Below are positions 1-13,195 of a stretch of DNA of 64,000 nucleotides, one piece after another. The DNA comes from Tubiluchus corallicola. Its lineage: Eukaryota; Animalia; Priapulida. A program made the position numbers and the translations under genes. The notes below the pieces were generated by a model. That model saw only the letters and a program-made list of their open reading frames with translations, ran no database searches and was not told where the DNA came from. The stretch spans positions 1-64,000 of the forward strand of contig JAQGDQ010000353.1 of assembly GCA_030141605.1 (NCBI GenBank), in the 5' to 3' direction. Positions within the stretch are counted from its first letter, which is position 1, and every line of letters begins with the position of its first letter.

Positions 1-205
1 ATAAAGAAAGTTTGTGGCTGAAGTGCTGAATTATTCGAATCCATAATTTTAGGTTCGAATTGAATTCGAACGTTCGATGCTGACCCCTAGTGACGACAGA
101 GTTGCAACGACAAATAACCAGGAAAGGTAGGGATAAAAATTCGACCGCTCGATGGAAACCGAGTGTAGTCGTAAGTCGGCATGTGGCTACATTAGAAGTG
201 AAGCT

Positions 206-1256
206 TTGAGATTGGCATCTACCTACTAAGTACCACAGCGATGTCTCAATTCACAATTCTTTATTGTATGCGGTATTGAGATTGGCATCTACCTACTAAG
301 TACCGCAGCGATGTCTCAATTCATAATTCTTTATTGTATGCGGTATTGAGATTGGCATCTACCTACTAAGTACCGCAGCGATGTCTCAATTCACAATTCT
401 TTATTGTATGCGGTATTGAGATTGGCATCTACCTACTAAGTACCACAGCGATGTCTCAATTCACAATTCTTTATTGTATGCGGTATTGAGATTGGCATCT
501 ACCTACTAAGTACCGCAGCGATGTCTCAATTCACAATTCTTTATTGTATGCGGTATTGAGATTGGCATCTACCTACTAAGTACCGCAGCGATGTCTCAAT
601 TCACAATTCTTTATTGTATGCGGTATTGAGATTGGCATCTACCTACTAAGTACCACAGCGATGTCTCAATTCACAATTCTTTATTGTATGCGGTATTGAG
701 ATTGGCATCTACCTACTAAGTACCGCAGCGATGTCTCAATTCACAATTCTTTATTGTATGCGGTATTGAGATTGGCATCTACCTACTAAGTACCACAGCG
801 ATGTCTCAATTCACAATTCTTTATTGTATGCGGTATTGAGATTGGCATCTACCTACTAAGTAACACAGCGATGTCTCAATTCACAATTCTTTATTGTATG
901 CGGTATTGAGATTGGCATCTACCTACTAAGTACCACAGCGATGTCTCAATTCATAATTCTTTATTGTATGCGGTATTGAGATTGGCATCTACCTACTAAG
1001 TACCACAGCGATGTCTCAATTCACAATTCTTTATTGTATGCGGTATTGAGATTGGCATCTACCTACTAAGTACCACAGCGATGTCTCAATTCATAATTCT
1101 TTATTGTATGCGGTATTGAGATTGACATCTACCTACTAAGTACCGCAGCGATGTCTCAATTCATAATTCTTTATTGTATGCGGTATTGAGATTGGCATCT
1201 ACCTACTAAGTACCGCAGCGATGTCTCAATTCACAATTCTTTATTGTATGCGGTAT
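206..1256. repeat. 60-bp tandem array, ~17.5 near-identical units
   Basis: Unit TTGAGATTGGCATCTACCTACTAAGTACC(A/G)CAGCGATGTCTCAATTCA(C/T)AATTCTTTATTGTATGCGGTA repeats in exact 60-bp register. Confidence 0.98.
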
Positions 1257-1309
1257 GACGGGAAACGCTTTAAGACTAAGTTGAGAGATCTTGCCATGAA
1301 AGCGTCCTA

Positions 1310-2015
1310 CTGTATTGTAATTTAATTGTATTTTGTTTTGCTGTAGTTAAAAAACGTTTTAGCATATCAAATACCAATAATTAGTACAAGTTTGCAAAGT
1401 TAATAAATTTGTGAACGTAAGAAAGAAGTTTGTTAGCACAAAGAAATACAGTGGCATGCAGCAATAAGAGATAGGTCATTAATGTAGACAAGAAAAGGAA
1501 CAAACGCAGTGGTCCTAGGATGGATCCTTGAGGTGCACTGCATATAAGCTTGTATACATTTATGGATTTTGTATTAATGTAGACAAGTAGTAGTGGTCCT
1601 AGGACGGGTCCTTGAGGTGTACCGCATATAATCTTGTGTATACATTTATGGCTTCTATATTAATGTAGACAAGAAGAAGTAGTGGTTCTAGGATGGGTCC
1701 TTGAGGTATACCGCGTATGATCCTGTGTATACATTTATGGGTTCTATATTAATGTAGACAAGAAGAAGTAGTGGTCCTAGAATGGGTCCTTGAGGTATAC
1801 CGTGTATGATCCTGTGTATACATTTATGGGTTCTATATTAATGTAGACACGAAGAAGTAGTGGTCCTAGGATGGGTCCTTGAGGTATACCGCGTATGATC
1901 CTGTGTATATATTTATGGATTCCGTATTAATGTAGACAAGAAGAAGTAGTGGTCCTAGGATGGGTCCTTGAGGTACACCGCATACGATCCTGTGTACACA
2001 TTTATGGAGTCCGTA
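1310..2015 (-). mobile_element. Decayed LINE (CR1/L2-group) RT fragment whose GVPQG motif is amplified as an 89-bp array (6 units, 1478-2015)
   Basis: Minus strand of units reads GVPQGPILGPLLLLVYIN; the leftmost copy continues FLVYINDLS and then degenerate FNYSKTKY near 1330-1355. Confidence 0.85.
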
Positions 2016-2164
2016 TATAGCGGTTATTTTTGTTATTTTTCAAGTTAAAGGGCGCTGAAATTCAGGGGGCATAAGAACGAAAATCTACGATGAAAATCTC
2101 GTCCTTATATTCACTGTTACTAAACACTTGCCTGTTCATGATACGAAACAATATTTTATGGTAT

Positions 2165-2374
2165 TTTCACATACGCAGACATTTTGCTCAGCTACAATCA
2201 ATCACGGAATCCCCAATGATTAGGATGCTACCATTGTACAGGTGTCCAGAAAGTTTGTACTTCATTTTTCACATACGCAGAGATTTTGCTCAGCTACAAT
2301 CAATCACGGAATCCCCAATGATTAGGATGCTATCATTGTACAGGTGTCCAGAAAGTTTGTACTTCATTTTTCAC
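2165..2374. repeat. 102-bp tandem duplication
   Basis: ACATACGCAG... recurs at 2169 and 2271; explains the repeated peptide in ORF 2090-2419. Confidence 0.95.
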
Positions 2375-2892
2375 AGGCTCTCTCAGGTGTGCGCGGTAGA
2401 GTCACCTGGCTTCGTATAGGTTATTTGTATGCGCCTCGTTGAAGCCTATTCTCCGGAGCCGTTTAGCCATTAACTTTTACACGTGTTTCTATACAACGAG
2501 GTAAATTACAGAGCGAGACGTGCAGAGATTTTAAGTGCGCCAATTTTTTGTTCATCGCAACACTTAGCATTTAGACAGTCTTGTTCGCTTTACCATTGGG
2601 ATTTACAGATGTTTGCATTATCAAAAAAAACTTTAGTATTGTTGTAGCAGTTGGGAAAATTGCCTATTCAACTGCATATTAGACTAGTACATTTAGTAGC
2701 GTCAAAATAAACTTCACAGGTATCGAAAACATCATTAATTTATAATATAGTCTAATAAGAAAACTATGTGTTTAATTTATGTGATATGTTGCGAGCATAT
2801 TAACATCCTTATTAACACTATTTCTTCGTCCTAACTATAACGTCACCCACTTCTCATACATATTTACTGGCTGTCTCGCAAGTTTCTGTTTC

Positions 2893-3496
2893 TTAAAGGA
2901 AGGCAGGCTGGTTTTTCATATATAAACCCATTTTGAAATCCGATAAAAAGTATACATCTTAACACAATTAATACTGCAAAAGCGGTTATGATAATTAGTT
3001 AATAGATTAAAAACTTAAGTAACGGCAGGCGACCACAGCTATTGTTAACATCACAAACTAACATGATTTTCAACAGCAAAAATATTCCACGAGCGTGTTG
3101 CACGTGTTTGCGAAAGCGAAAGTTAAAGCACAGTGCTATTGTAAGATATTCAGTGTGTTGTACTAAAATTAGGCAAGTTTGAGATCAATATTCAAGTTTC
3201 AAATTTATCGATGTGCTCACGCATGAGCTGTCGAACGTGTGTAGTTCGTCACAATCTAACACATCTGAACTGAGAAGTGCAACAGCTGTTTTTTGTGCAA
3301 TGCATTTTGAAGTGCGGGCACTAGTACTTGTAACATTGCAGAACTGGTGGTGCAAACGTGTGTTTGTGTGGTAACAATTCTTTCACGTAAGTCATACTTT
3401 AACATAGTACATAGAACATAGTATGTTTCTTTTCAATGTTTTGAAGAGTAGATTGTTTTGACATACAGTTTAAGATTGGGTCCGGTTTTACTTTAA
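2893..3496 (+). mobile_element. Kolobok-type MITE family K1
   Basis: TTAA-AGGAAG...CCGGTTTTACT-TTAA; homologous to 32075-32695 and (inverted) 8051-8645. Confidence 0.8.
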
Positions 3497-4555
3497 AAAA
3501 TTGAAAGTATTGATACATTTTATTTGTACGAAGAATGGACCTGCAGTTCAAACATATATCCAAAGTATTTAAACTTGTTAACTTACTTCATTGTATGTTG
3601 CAATTTCCCAATAACTTATATCATCATTTCCACTAAATTTAAAAAAATTTCTGATGGGCAAATTTCCCATCGTCTTGCACCAAATGAAAAAAATTACCTT
3701 GCGAAAACTGATGACTCATCTAGCGCTAATGCAAGTTTGCCAAAATTTCCTTTTTTCTGTTTGTATGCGCCATTTTGTTCTAATACGGTCACCGGCAATT
3801 ACTGGTTCAAATAGATATATAGCTAACTGTATCTATACTAAAATTACATAAATTCGTTATTTGTTGTGTGTGTTTTTTGGCTGTATAGCTATAATATAAT
3901 ATCTCTGTTATGTATTTTGTTGTGTGTATGTCATTGTAGTATAATTTATATGCCAATAATAAATTCTATTAAAAGTAGAGGGTTTGAGGTGATGCATCAA
4001 CTAAGCTGAGAGGCAACCGTAAATCTTGTGAATACTGCCAGTAACTTTTACTGTTAATGGTATAGCCAGTAATGGCTAGCATGAGAACTGAAAACTAGCA
4101 TAAGAAAATGCTAAATAATTAAATTTTGTGGTTAGTGGCTTGCTCTCCCATTTGCTTTGCAAAGCCGTATTTATAGTGCATGAGGGCTAGCTCACGCATG
4201 CGTACTTGCTGCTATTGTCTAAGCAGCATGTCTATGTTTAAACTGCCATTGGTTGTAAAGCTCAGACCAAAATGGACTAAGCAATTCAAACAGAAATTAA
4301 CGCTTTCAAGGTTTCTTCTCACTGCTGCATTCAATGATGATATGCTGCACAAAATGTGTGGTGCCATCTGCTGGCGGGAAGATGAGTCTGCTTCAGTGGA
4401 GTTTGGGAACTGCCTGAGAATGAAATTTATTTTCTACACCTATTGGAAACCATTGACGTTTCCAGCTTTTTACAAAGGCATGATTTTAGGTACTATCTCA
4501 AAATTTCATTGTTTGCCTTTTCACTACATGTAAGAGCGTGCGTGAGAACTTTACT

Positions 4556-5113
4556 AACAAGTTTATTAACTCAAACTGTTGGTCGAGGGACTTCCTGATG
4601 TCGAGGCTGTGGGTCAAAAAACAGGCTACGTCAACAGGTGTGAAATTTGCTTTAGTGCAAGCGTTCGCAAGTTTAGGTTTAAGCTTAAGTTTTAGGTTTT
4701 TCAGAAAATGACGCCAATGTCGCCATCCTGAATTCAAGATTGCAAAAAAATATTTTGACTCTGTCAGTCGATGCAGAATTGATTCTAGTGTGTTCTTACA
4801 AAGTTTCATGACAATCCGTTGCGAATAGGTGAAGTCGGAACATTTCGAAAATGATGTTATTGCTGCCATCTTGAATTCAAAATGGCAGATCGAGAATCCA
4901 TTTCTGTCAATATATTCGTTCTAGAATATTTGTGTAAATTTTACGACGATTCGTTGCAAGCTGGCGAAGCTTGTTTTTTGAAAAAGACAGCCTCAACAAC
5001 AACAACACCACCACCACCGCCGCCGCCACCACCACCGCCACCACCGCCACCGTCACCGCCAGTCTGTTAAAAGAGAGATTAAATCTCAGAATTTTATGCT
5101 GAAATGTGTTAAT
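4556..5113 (+). mobile_element. Putative non-autonomous Helentron/HINE-like element
   Basis: AACAAG start, internal AAGTTTCATGACAATCCG-type repeats, (CAA/CAC/CGC)n microsatellite, short 3' hairpin (TCAG...CTGA) before TT; single copy here. Confidence 0.4.
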
Positions 5114-5217
5114 TGTTGTTCGTTAAATAAGAAAGAAAAAACTAGGCAGTTAAAATTAATACTGAATTCAGCGAGGATTCCTCACGAAGATGGAACGTAC
5201 AACATTCTTACCTTGCG

Positions 5218-5698
5218 GCAAAATTCCTCACGAGGAGGACGCATAGCTTCCAACTGGCAGCAAAATTCCTCACGAGGAGGACGCATAGCTTCCAGCTGGC
5301 AGCAAAATTCCTCACGAGGAGGACGCATAGCTTCCAGCTGGCAGCAAAATTCCTCACGAGGAGGACGCATAGCTTCCAGCTGGCAGCAAAATTCCTCACG
5401 AGGAGGACGCATAGCTTCCAGCTGGCAGCAAAATTCCTCACGAGGAGGACGCATAGCTTCCATCTGGCAGCAAAATTCCTCACGAGGAGGACGCATAGCT
5501 TCCAACTGGCAGCAAAATTCCTCACGAGGAGGACGCATAGCTTCCAACTGGCAGCAAAATTCCTCACGAGGAGGACGCATAGCTTCCAACTGGCAGCAAA
5601 ATTCCTCACGAGGAGGACGCATAGCTTCCAACTGGCAGCAAAATTCCTCACGAGGAGGACGCATAGCTTCCAGCTGGCAGCAGAATTCCTCCCGAGGA
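5218..5698. repeat. 42-bp tandem array, ~11.5 units
   Basis: Unit GCAAAATTCCTCACGAGGAGGACGCATAGCTTCCA(A/G)CTGGCA; source of the overlapping ORFs 5096-5754. Confidence 0.97.
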
Positions 5699-6326
5699 AC
5701 TCCATGAAGAATTTTGCCGTGTGTTCTCAGTGTGAAATGCCCCACAGAAAACAAAATATTCTATTTCTGTGAGGAAATCCACAAGGAATCTCTCCTCGAG
5801 GTATTCTGCTGTGAGCCCTCACTGTGAAATAGGCCTAAGTCTATATTAGATGCTTCCGTAAACTTGTTAATATTTATTTGACCCTGAAAGCCTTGAGTGT
5901 TTTCGCGCATTTATTGATATATAGGTCTTGTCAAAATTATCATTTTTTTCTGCAAATATTTAACATGCCATTGTGTCTTAAGCTGACGTCTGCTTTTTAT
6001 TATGTGAAAGTTGAAGTATGGCATTCTCAACTTTGACTTTCAAAATCGACTTTTTGCCTTGGAGGTTATTTTTTTCTTTGAAGTCTACAAACTGTGAAAC
6101 GTCATCGCGTGTTTTATAAATTGCCACAAAAATCGTTTTTTTCTGGCAAACATGCAGAAGACACAGAATGGAGTTTGTTGTAAATTGTCGTGTCGAAAAA
6201 TACTGTTTATTTGCTTGTCAATTCAATGTTTGTTTTTGATGAAAAGATGGCGTGACAGCGAAGTGTCAAAGAAGACGTGTGATAAGGCACCATGTAGGTA
6301 AAGCCATGTGACCTTGTCCATGTTTG

Positions 6327-6731
6327 CAGGGCGTATTTTAATAAGTTAAAACACTTTACGACGCCCTAAACTGGTCCCGTTCATCTCTATTGTGAATTTG
6401 TTGATTAAACAATTACTTGTGATGCATTAGAAACAGTATTAATCTAGTTTCGACGTGGTGATTATTAATTACATGTATTTGCATAGCGTTTATATTCAAC
6501 CAGGCTGCTCAACTGCTCTTCTGTAATTCTTTGCACCTGTTCGCTATGGCTCACTTATATAAAACCTGGCTCAGTAACTGCCTGTGGCGTGTTATAAAAT
6601 GCGTCCTTTTAACAGGACGCAAATGTGCACATTTTCTGAGGAGAACAAGAATTTTTTCTAAAATGCGGCGCCCTCAAACTTTGCCATCCCATGGCCATAG
6701 CCTAGTTAGCCTATTGGTTAATATGTCCCTG
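6327..6731. mobile_element. Degenerate hAT-type MITE
   Basis: CAGGGCGTATTTTAA / TTAATATGTCCCTG imperfect TIRs; flanks CATGTTTG / CATGTATA (6/8 match). Confidence 0.45.
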
Positions 6732-7080
6732 CATGTATAACTCGTTTGTGAAAAGAGTATAGACAGTCGCTTACAAGTAATGTTTTTGTTGTATTTTGTT
6801 AATTTAAGCCTGCATACTAAGTACAGGTTGTACCTCTCCTCATTTAAGAAGAATTTTTCTGCAGCCTATTTCTAATAAAGGTCATGTGGAATTTTACAGT
6901 TACATGTAGACGCCAACCAGATTGGCTTATTGTAATAAAGACGACATAAGACTACGTCTACAAGCTCTATTTATAGCATGGTATAATTAAAACAAAAAAT
7001 TAAAGATTGTATTAATATGTGATACCAGTTTATAAATACAAGTAAAAAACAACATTTAACCTTGTTGTAGAGTTTTGCGA

Positions 7081-7350
7081 TCTCTCCCCCTCTCTCTGTC
7101 TCTCTCCCTGTCACTCTTGTCTCTCTCTTTCTCTCTGTGTCTCTGTTTCTCTCTCTCTCTCTCCTTCTTTTCTTTCACTCTCTTTTTCTGTCCTCTCTAT
7201 CTCTCTGCCTTTCTGTCTTTCTTTCTCTTTCTTTGTCTCTCTCCCTCTCCCTCTCTCTGTTCCTCTTTCCCCTTGTCTCTTTGTTTCTTTCTTTTCTCTG
7301 TCTCTCTCCCTCTCCCCCCTCTCTCTCTCACTCTCTCCCACTCTCTCTCT

Positions 7351-7400
<50 letters not shown>

Positions 7401-7493
7401 TCTTCTCTCTCTCTCTCACACACACTCTCTCTCTTCTCTCTCTCTCTCTCACTCACTCACTCTCTCTTCTCTCTCTCTCTCTCACTCACTCAC

Positions 7494-7572
<79 letters not shown>

Positions 7573-7573
7573 T

Positions 7574-7623
<50 letters not shown>

Positions 7624-7630
7624 TCTCTCC
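7081..7630. repeat. (CT)n-rich microsatellite
   Basis: Direct inspection. Confidence 0.98.
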
Positions 7631-8050
7631 AACTTGTGAATGCACCATACAGGTAAAGCAAATGCTATTTTGTTTCCTAAATGATTACTACCTTCCCAAA
7701 TTAGACGACGTCAAGTGTTGCGTACGTTCGCCTTCTCTTATTCAATGTAGATTTGTGCAACGTAACTTAACGATGATGTTTCTGAAAGGTTTCCAGTCTT
7801 CATTCTAGGCGTGTAAACATCTGTTTTCTTAATTAACAGCTGGTTTCAACAGCTAAATTGTTGTTACTTTACAGACCATCAATCATTTTCATGGTTCTGG
7901 AGTCTGTGAGTCTGTGAATCACACGAGATTCATGACAGATTCCCTGCAAGAACCGGTTTCTTACCGTTTCTGCCGGGTTAGATTGTCTGAATAAAAAAGA
8001 TGGCTTACTCATTGAACTAGGCCTAACCCTTTGTTTGCAAGTAGGCGTAG

Positions 8051-8645
8051 TCAAAGGAAAACCGGACCCAATCTTACACCGTAGCTCAAAGCAATCTACT
8101 CTATAAAACGTTGAAATGGAACATATTTTTTCAAAAATGACTTACGTAAAAGAATTATTGCCACACAAACACAATTTCGCGTTCGCGTCACTAGTTCTTG
8201 CCTGTTACATGCATTTCGCCATTCGCTAGTTAGACGGGAACTAGCTCCTGCATGTCAGGGAACGCGTTGCAGAAAAAACAAGTTGTGTACCACTTATCAT
8301 TTGCGATGTAAGACACACGTTCGAGAGCATGAGCAACGCGGGAAATTTGAATTTTAAACTTAAAATTTGCCGACTGTATATCACACTGAATGTTGTACAG
8401 TAGTACTGTACTTCAATTTTCGCTATCGCAAACGCCTGCAACATGCTCATGGAATGTTTGTGCTGTTTAAAATTATGTTCAATCGTGACGCCATTACTAG
8501 TTCGGCTCGCCAGCAGTTAATTAAGTTTTTAATGTATTATTCAAATATCAGAAACACTTATTACGGCATCGGTGTAGATATTAAAAAGTATACTTTGTAC
8601 CGTGCTTCAATATGGATTATGAACAACCACCCTGTATTCATTTAA
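8051..8645 (-). mobile_element. Kolobok-type MITE K1, diverged full-length copy
   Basis: Reverse complement of 32075-32695 along its length; TCAA-AGGAAAACCGG ... TTAA ends. Confidence 0.75.
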
Positions 8646-9089
8646 GTCAGAAAGTCTTTAGCATTGTTCACCTGCTGTGTAAACGTGATTGTAACTGAAC
8701 GCCTGCACGCCACCTGTGAAGTACTAATTATACTAACCTTAAATATTTTGCTTTTTTGTGGCACGTATTATGTTTATTGAACCGTAGAACAGAACGCAAA
8801 AGAGAAAGATATGTATACAATAGACGTAAAATGTAAGAGACAACACAAAGAAACCACGTGTCCATGGTATAATGGTTCAAGCACAGAAACACATACAACA
8901 TATTATTATTATAAATTTTTTATTTGTACATTGTGCACAAATACTAATTATAATAAAATATGTACAAATGCTGCCCTCTGTTTGCAGGGTAAAATTATTT
9001 AACGGTTAATACTATCAAAAAGGGAGTTAAATATACGTATATAATTTGATATCACAATGACGTTATAAATTGTTTACAAAAAGAAAAAG

Positions 9090-9407
9090 CTTAGCCATTG
9101 TTTTAAAACTGTGTAAAACTAAACACACATAAGCACGTGACAACGTTTTAAGCGGGTGACAACGACCAACAAACTGTGTGAGTGACAGTACTTTCTCTAC
9201 ATAGCAGCAGACGCTAGTAGTGCAGAGAACAGCGTGTTATCGCAGACATGTGCGCATAGCCGCATGCGCACAACAGCCAAACACACCACAATACTGGCCT
9301 GTGAAGCAAACAATACTACCCTTACACAAGTATAAAGAACTAAAAGAAGAAGACTTGAAAATAGGGGGCGCTGCAGTTCCACAGTACCTAAACACGAGCC
9401 GCCACAG
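9090..9407 (+). mobile_element. hAT-type MITE family H1, 5'-truncated copy
   Basis: Homologous to 40987-41607 and 54703-55687; ends GAGCCGCCACAG. Confidence 0.75.
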
Positions 9408-9796
9408 ACTAAGTTAGAACAAGAATCAGGGAGAGTACAAAAACATTCCTCTTTTATATCACCTTACTCGTTGTCCTACAGGTATTTTTTCGGCTTACGA
9501 TATCCACCGATTCATGGACAATTATACGCGACCTGTTCGTTCGATACATTGCAAACTGTCTACCCGTATCTAACAAAGTCCTGCAAATGTTTGTTATAGC
9601 GGCTTGCTTAACGTTGCATGTTTTAACTCATCATTGGTTGACATAGATATGAATAGCGTCGATTCAGTAAAAATATTACTCAGGTAAATGCTACTATTTG
9701 CAGGTGTCGCACGGCGGCAAACACCTGCTAATTGGTTTGGGCACGTCTACAGGTAAGCAGTTCTTGTTTGTTTTTGTTGTTATTGCTGTGCAGGGT

Positions 9797-10102
9797 ACAT
9801 CTGAACACGTGTCCCGTGTTTTCAAGGATCCTCTAGTGCAGTGTTCCCCAAACTTTTCACATCTGAACACGTGTCCCGTGTTTTCAAGGATCCTCTAGTG
9901 CAGTGTTCCCCAAACTTTTCACATCTGAACACGTGTCCCGTGTTTTCAAGGATCCTCTAGTGCAGTGTTCCCCAAACTTTTCACATCTGAACACGTGTCC
10001 CGTGTTTTCAAGGATCCTCTAGTGCAGTGTTCCCCAAACTTTTCACACCTGAACACGTGTCCCGTGTTTTCAAGGATCCTCTAGTGCAGTGTTCCCCAAA
10101 CT
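9797..10102. repeat. 62-bp tandem array (5 units) containing a hAT/Charlie-like terminus
   Basis: Unit starts at 9797, 9859, 9921, 9983, 10045; each ends CAGTGTTCCCCAAACT. Confidence 0.95.
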
Positions 10103-10116
10103 ATTCTAGTACGTAC

Positions 10117-10552
10117 TGCCCACACTGTATCTTGACACTAGGCGGAGGAGCTGCACAAGGCAGCGAACGGCTAGAGGGCGGAGGCGGTCAAGTGACCCAA
10201 CGACCCAACGGCCATGTGTAGAGGAGTAAACCTTCCAAATCAGGAGTGGAGCCCCGAAGGGGGACCAGTGCTGCATGCTCACTGACTCCAGCAGCTCCTG
10301 CAGCCAACCTGGTGCCAAACGTATCGCTCCGCTTTCCTTCGGACTACACCAGGGAGGAAGAGAGAGGTTCCTGTTGTCTGGGCAACTCAGGATCTCCATA
10401 CACCTTGCCCAGGCGTGCGCACTGGAGACGTTCAAGGATCGGACTGCTCAGCCACAGTCGACGCTGCAGCTCCATCAATGTGATCAATAACTGACTCTCT
10501 TGGCGCACACTCCATTGTCTTCCGAGACAGAAGGAAGGATGCCAACAAACCG
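10117..10552 (+). mobile_element. SINE-like / RTE-related non-autonomous retroposon, copy 1
   Basis: GC-rich, inverted homolog of 12752-13195; ends GAAGGATGCCAACAAACC. Confidence 0.75.
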
Positions 10553-10789
10553 ACCCCTTTCAGTAGTACCAAACCTACCATGACCCACTTTTATAAGCCT
10601 TCTGAAAACGTACTAATTTTTAATATCGCAGATACATTATTTTAAAATTTAAAAGATTAATCACAGCAGGGAGAGCAATAACTAAAAAATGTTTGTTTAT
10701 TGTTCATTAATATACATTTATAAAAAGTATACGTTAAAATAATGAATTGTAAAACAACAAAAACATTAATGTGGGGAGAGACGTAAAGA

Positions 10790-11130
10790 GACAGTCTTCT
10801 CACATACGCCTGTTGTACACAAGCCATTTATCAAAAGTCAGAAAATTCAAAATCCATTTTTACAGAGTTTAGCATTACCTGCTGTTACCAAAGGTGCATT
10901 ATTTACTGAACTGGGTAGGAATTCAACACTTGAACAACACGGTTGGAAACGAAAAATCCCCCAATTTTTTTTATTCGTTCTACAAACATACAGCTTGAGA
11001 CAATGGTTACTTTTTGTCCAATCAGTGAGTGCTCTTGTAAAATTTTTTGGGGATCTAAGTCAACATCCCTCTGAATTAGTTTGCGACCAAATTTGGAGTT
11101 GTGACCAAATCGTCTTTCCTCTAACGATCT
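10790..11130 (-). mobile_element. CR1-type LINE ORF2 C-terminal relic
   Basis: ORF 10903-11190 contains RRFGHNSKF and FFVSNRVVQVLNSYP, matching the CR1 pattern RGHxxKL...FFSxRVVxxWNxLP. Confidence 0.65.
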
Positions 11131-11686
11131 TAAAAAGAAGATGGTGGTGGGGTGGGTTAGGGGTGTTAAGTCTTTCTGGTTAGGTTTCATGTAAACGTTC
11201 TGAATTATATCTGTGCTATCTAAAGTATACCATGTAAAGAATGTAACGTATTTTTACAAGGGAATTATCCCATTAATGAATGTATAGTTCCCGAATTAAC
11301 GAATTAGTGTTAAATTAATTAGTTAACTCTAAATTATCTGAGACAGAGTCGCAAAATTCAATTCAATTCAACTTTATTTTCTCAATAGCAGTTAAAACTC
11401 CTATTTTTACATTTCATCGCAAGTGAGAAGGAGCAGCGAAATACCTATTGGTCACTTGATCAGCTGCCCCTTACTAAAAATACAAGTTTACTTACAGGCT
11501 CATGACATTTCTTAGGTGTCTTTTATACAAAAAAACATTGTAGTATTAAAATTAGACTTTGTATTAAATTATGTACTAAGTAGCAGAAATGGTATTGTGT
11601 ATATTTAATCAAGTCAAATTTTTAAAGGTGGAGAAATAGTAAGCGAGAATTTCTTGAGAATTGAATACAAGGTTACATTTTGAATA

Positions 11687-12099
<413 letters not shown>

Positions 12100-12751
12100 C
12101 AGTTACACTATATGCATAAATTTATGGTAAAACAGAAACAGTAATGTCAATATGCAATACAAAAAAAATCAATAATTATCTCATATCAAATCAAAAAGAG
12201 TAATCCTAGGTCTGGATGTTAAACCTACGAGTTTTGGTATGTTAGGAAACGGTCTCTGAGCCAACTGGAATGCCAAGCTTCAGTTCTCCAGCCCAGTCTT
12301 ACGACTGATACTGTTTTCGTTATGTGGTCTTCTCCTTTATTCAAAATCCGGGAACTAAACCATCTGGATTTACTGGGTCACTCGAGAGGGAAGGAAGAGT
12401 GAGAATCTTCCCGAATCTTGAGCAAGGAAGATATGAAAACGCCTGCAGCTCTGCACGCAAATGCTATCCCAGACGCGTGCTACATGGAACACAAATAAAC
12501 TTTCAGCGCCCGTGTTAAATAAATTCTTTTTTAACCTGGAAGTTTTTCAACCGATAAAAACCTATAAAGTGTATAATTCTTGGCCAATGTAATGTGTTTT
12601 TATGACTGACAGAGACACGTAGTGGTAAATATAGACATTACATATTTCCTGTGACTGAGTGGTCTAGACCCCGAGTAGTCTAGATCCTGAGTGGTCTAGA
12701 CCCCACATGCTATTCGTTATTTGTGTGTTGCGTCTTTACCTGTATCGCCAT

Positions 12752-13195
12752 TGGTTGTTTTTGGTTGGCATCCTTCTGTCTCGGAAGACAATGGAGTGTG
12801 CACCAAGAGAGTCAGTTATTGATCACATTGATGGAGCTGGAGCGTCGACTGTGGCTGAGCAGTGCGATCCTTGAACCACTGGAATGGCCTCTCCAGGGCG
12901 CACGCCTGGGCAAGGTGTATGGAGATCCTGAGTTGCCCAGACAACAGGAACCCACTCTCTTCCTCCATGGTGCAGTCCAAAGGAAAGCGGAGAGATACGT
13001 TTGGCACCAGGTTGGCTGCAGGAGCTGCCGGAGTCAGTGAGCATGCTGCACTGGTCCGCCTTCGGGGCTCCACTCCTGATTTGGAAGGTTTACTCCTCTA
13101 TACATGGCCGTTGGGTCGCTTGACCTCCTCCGTCCTCTAGCCGTTGGCTGCTTGTACAGCTCCTCCGCCTAGTGTCGAGATACAGTGTGGGCATC
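12752..13195 (-). mobile_element. SINE-like / RTE-related non-autonomous retroposon, copy 2, with TSD
   Basis: 13-bp TSD CCTGTATCGC(C/T)AT at 12739-12751 and 13196-13208; CCAA-rich 3' tail. Confidence 0.8.

Noticed and set aside
206-1256. CRISPR-like regular array
   Set aside because: Whole units are repeated with no unique spacers, no cas genes, eukaryotic context; the same applies to the 42-, 62-, 31- and 63-bp arrays
7965-7986. 22-nt minus-strand exon (TTTTTTATTCAG...GTAAGA)
   Set aside because: Isolated, with no partner exons found; such site pairs arise by chance in AT-rich DNA
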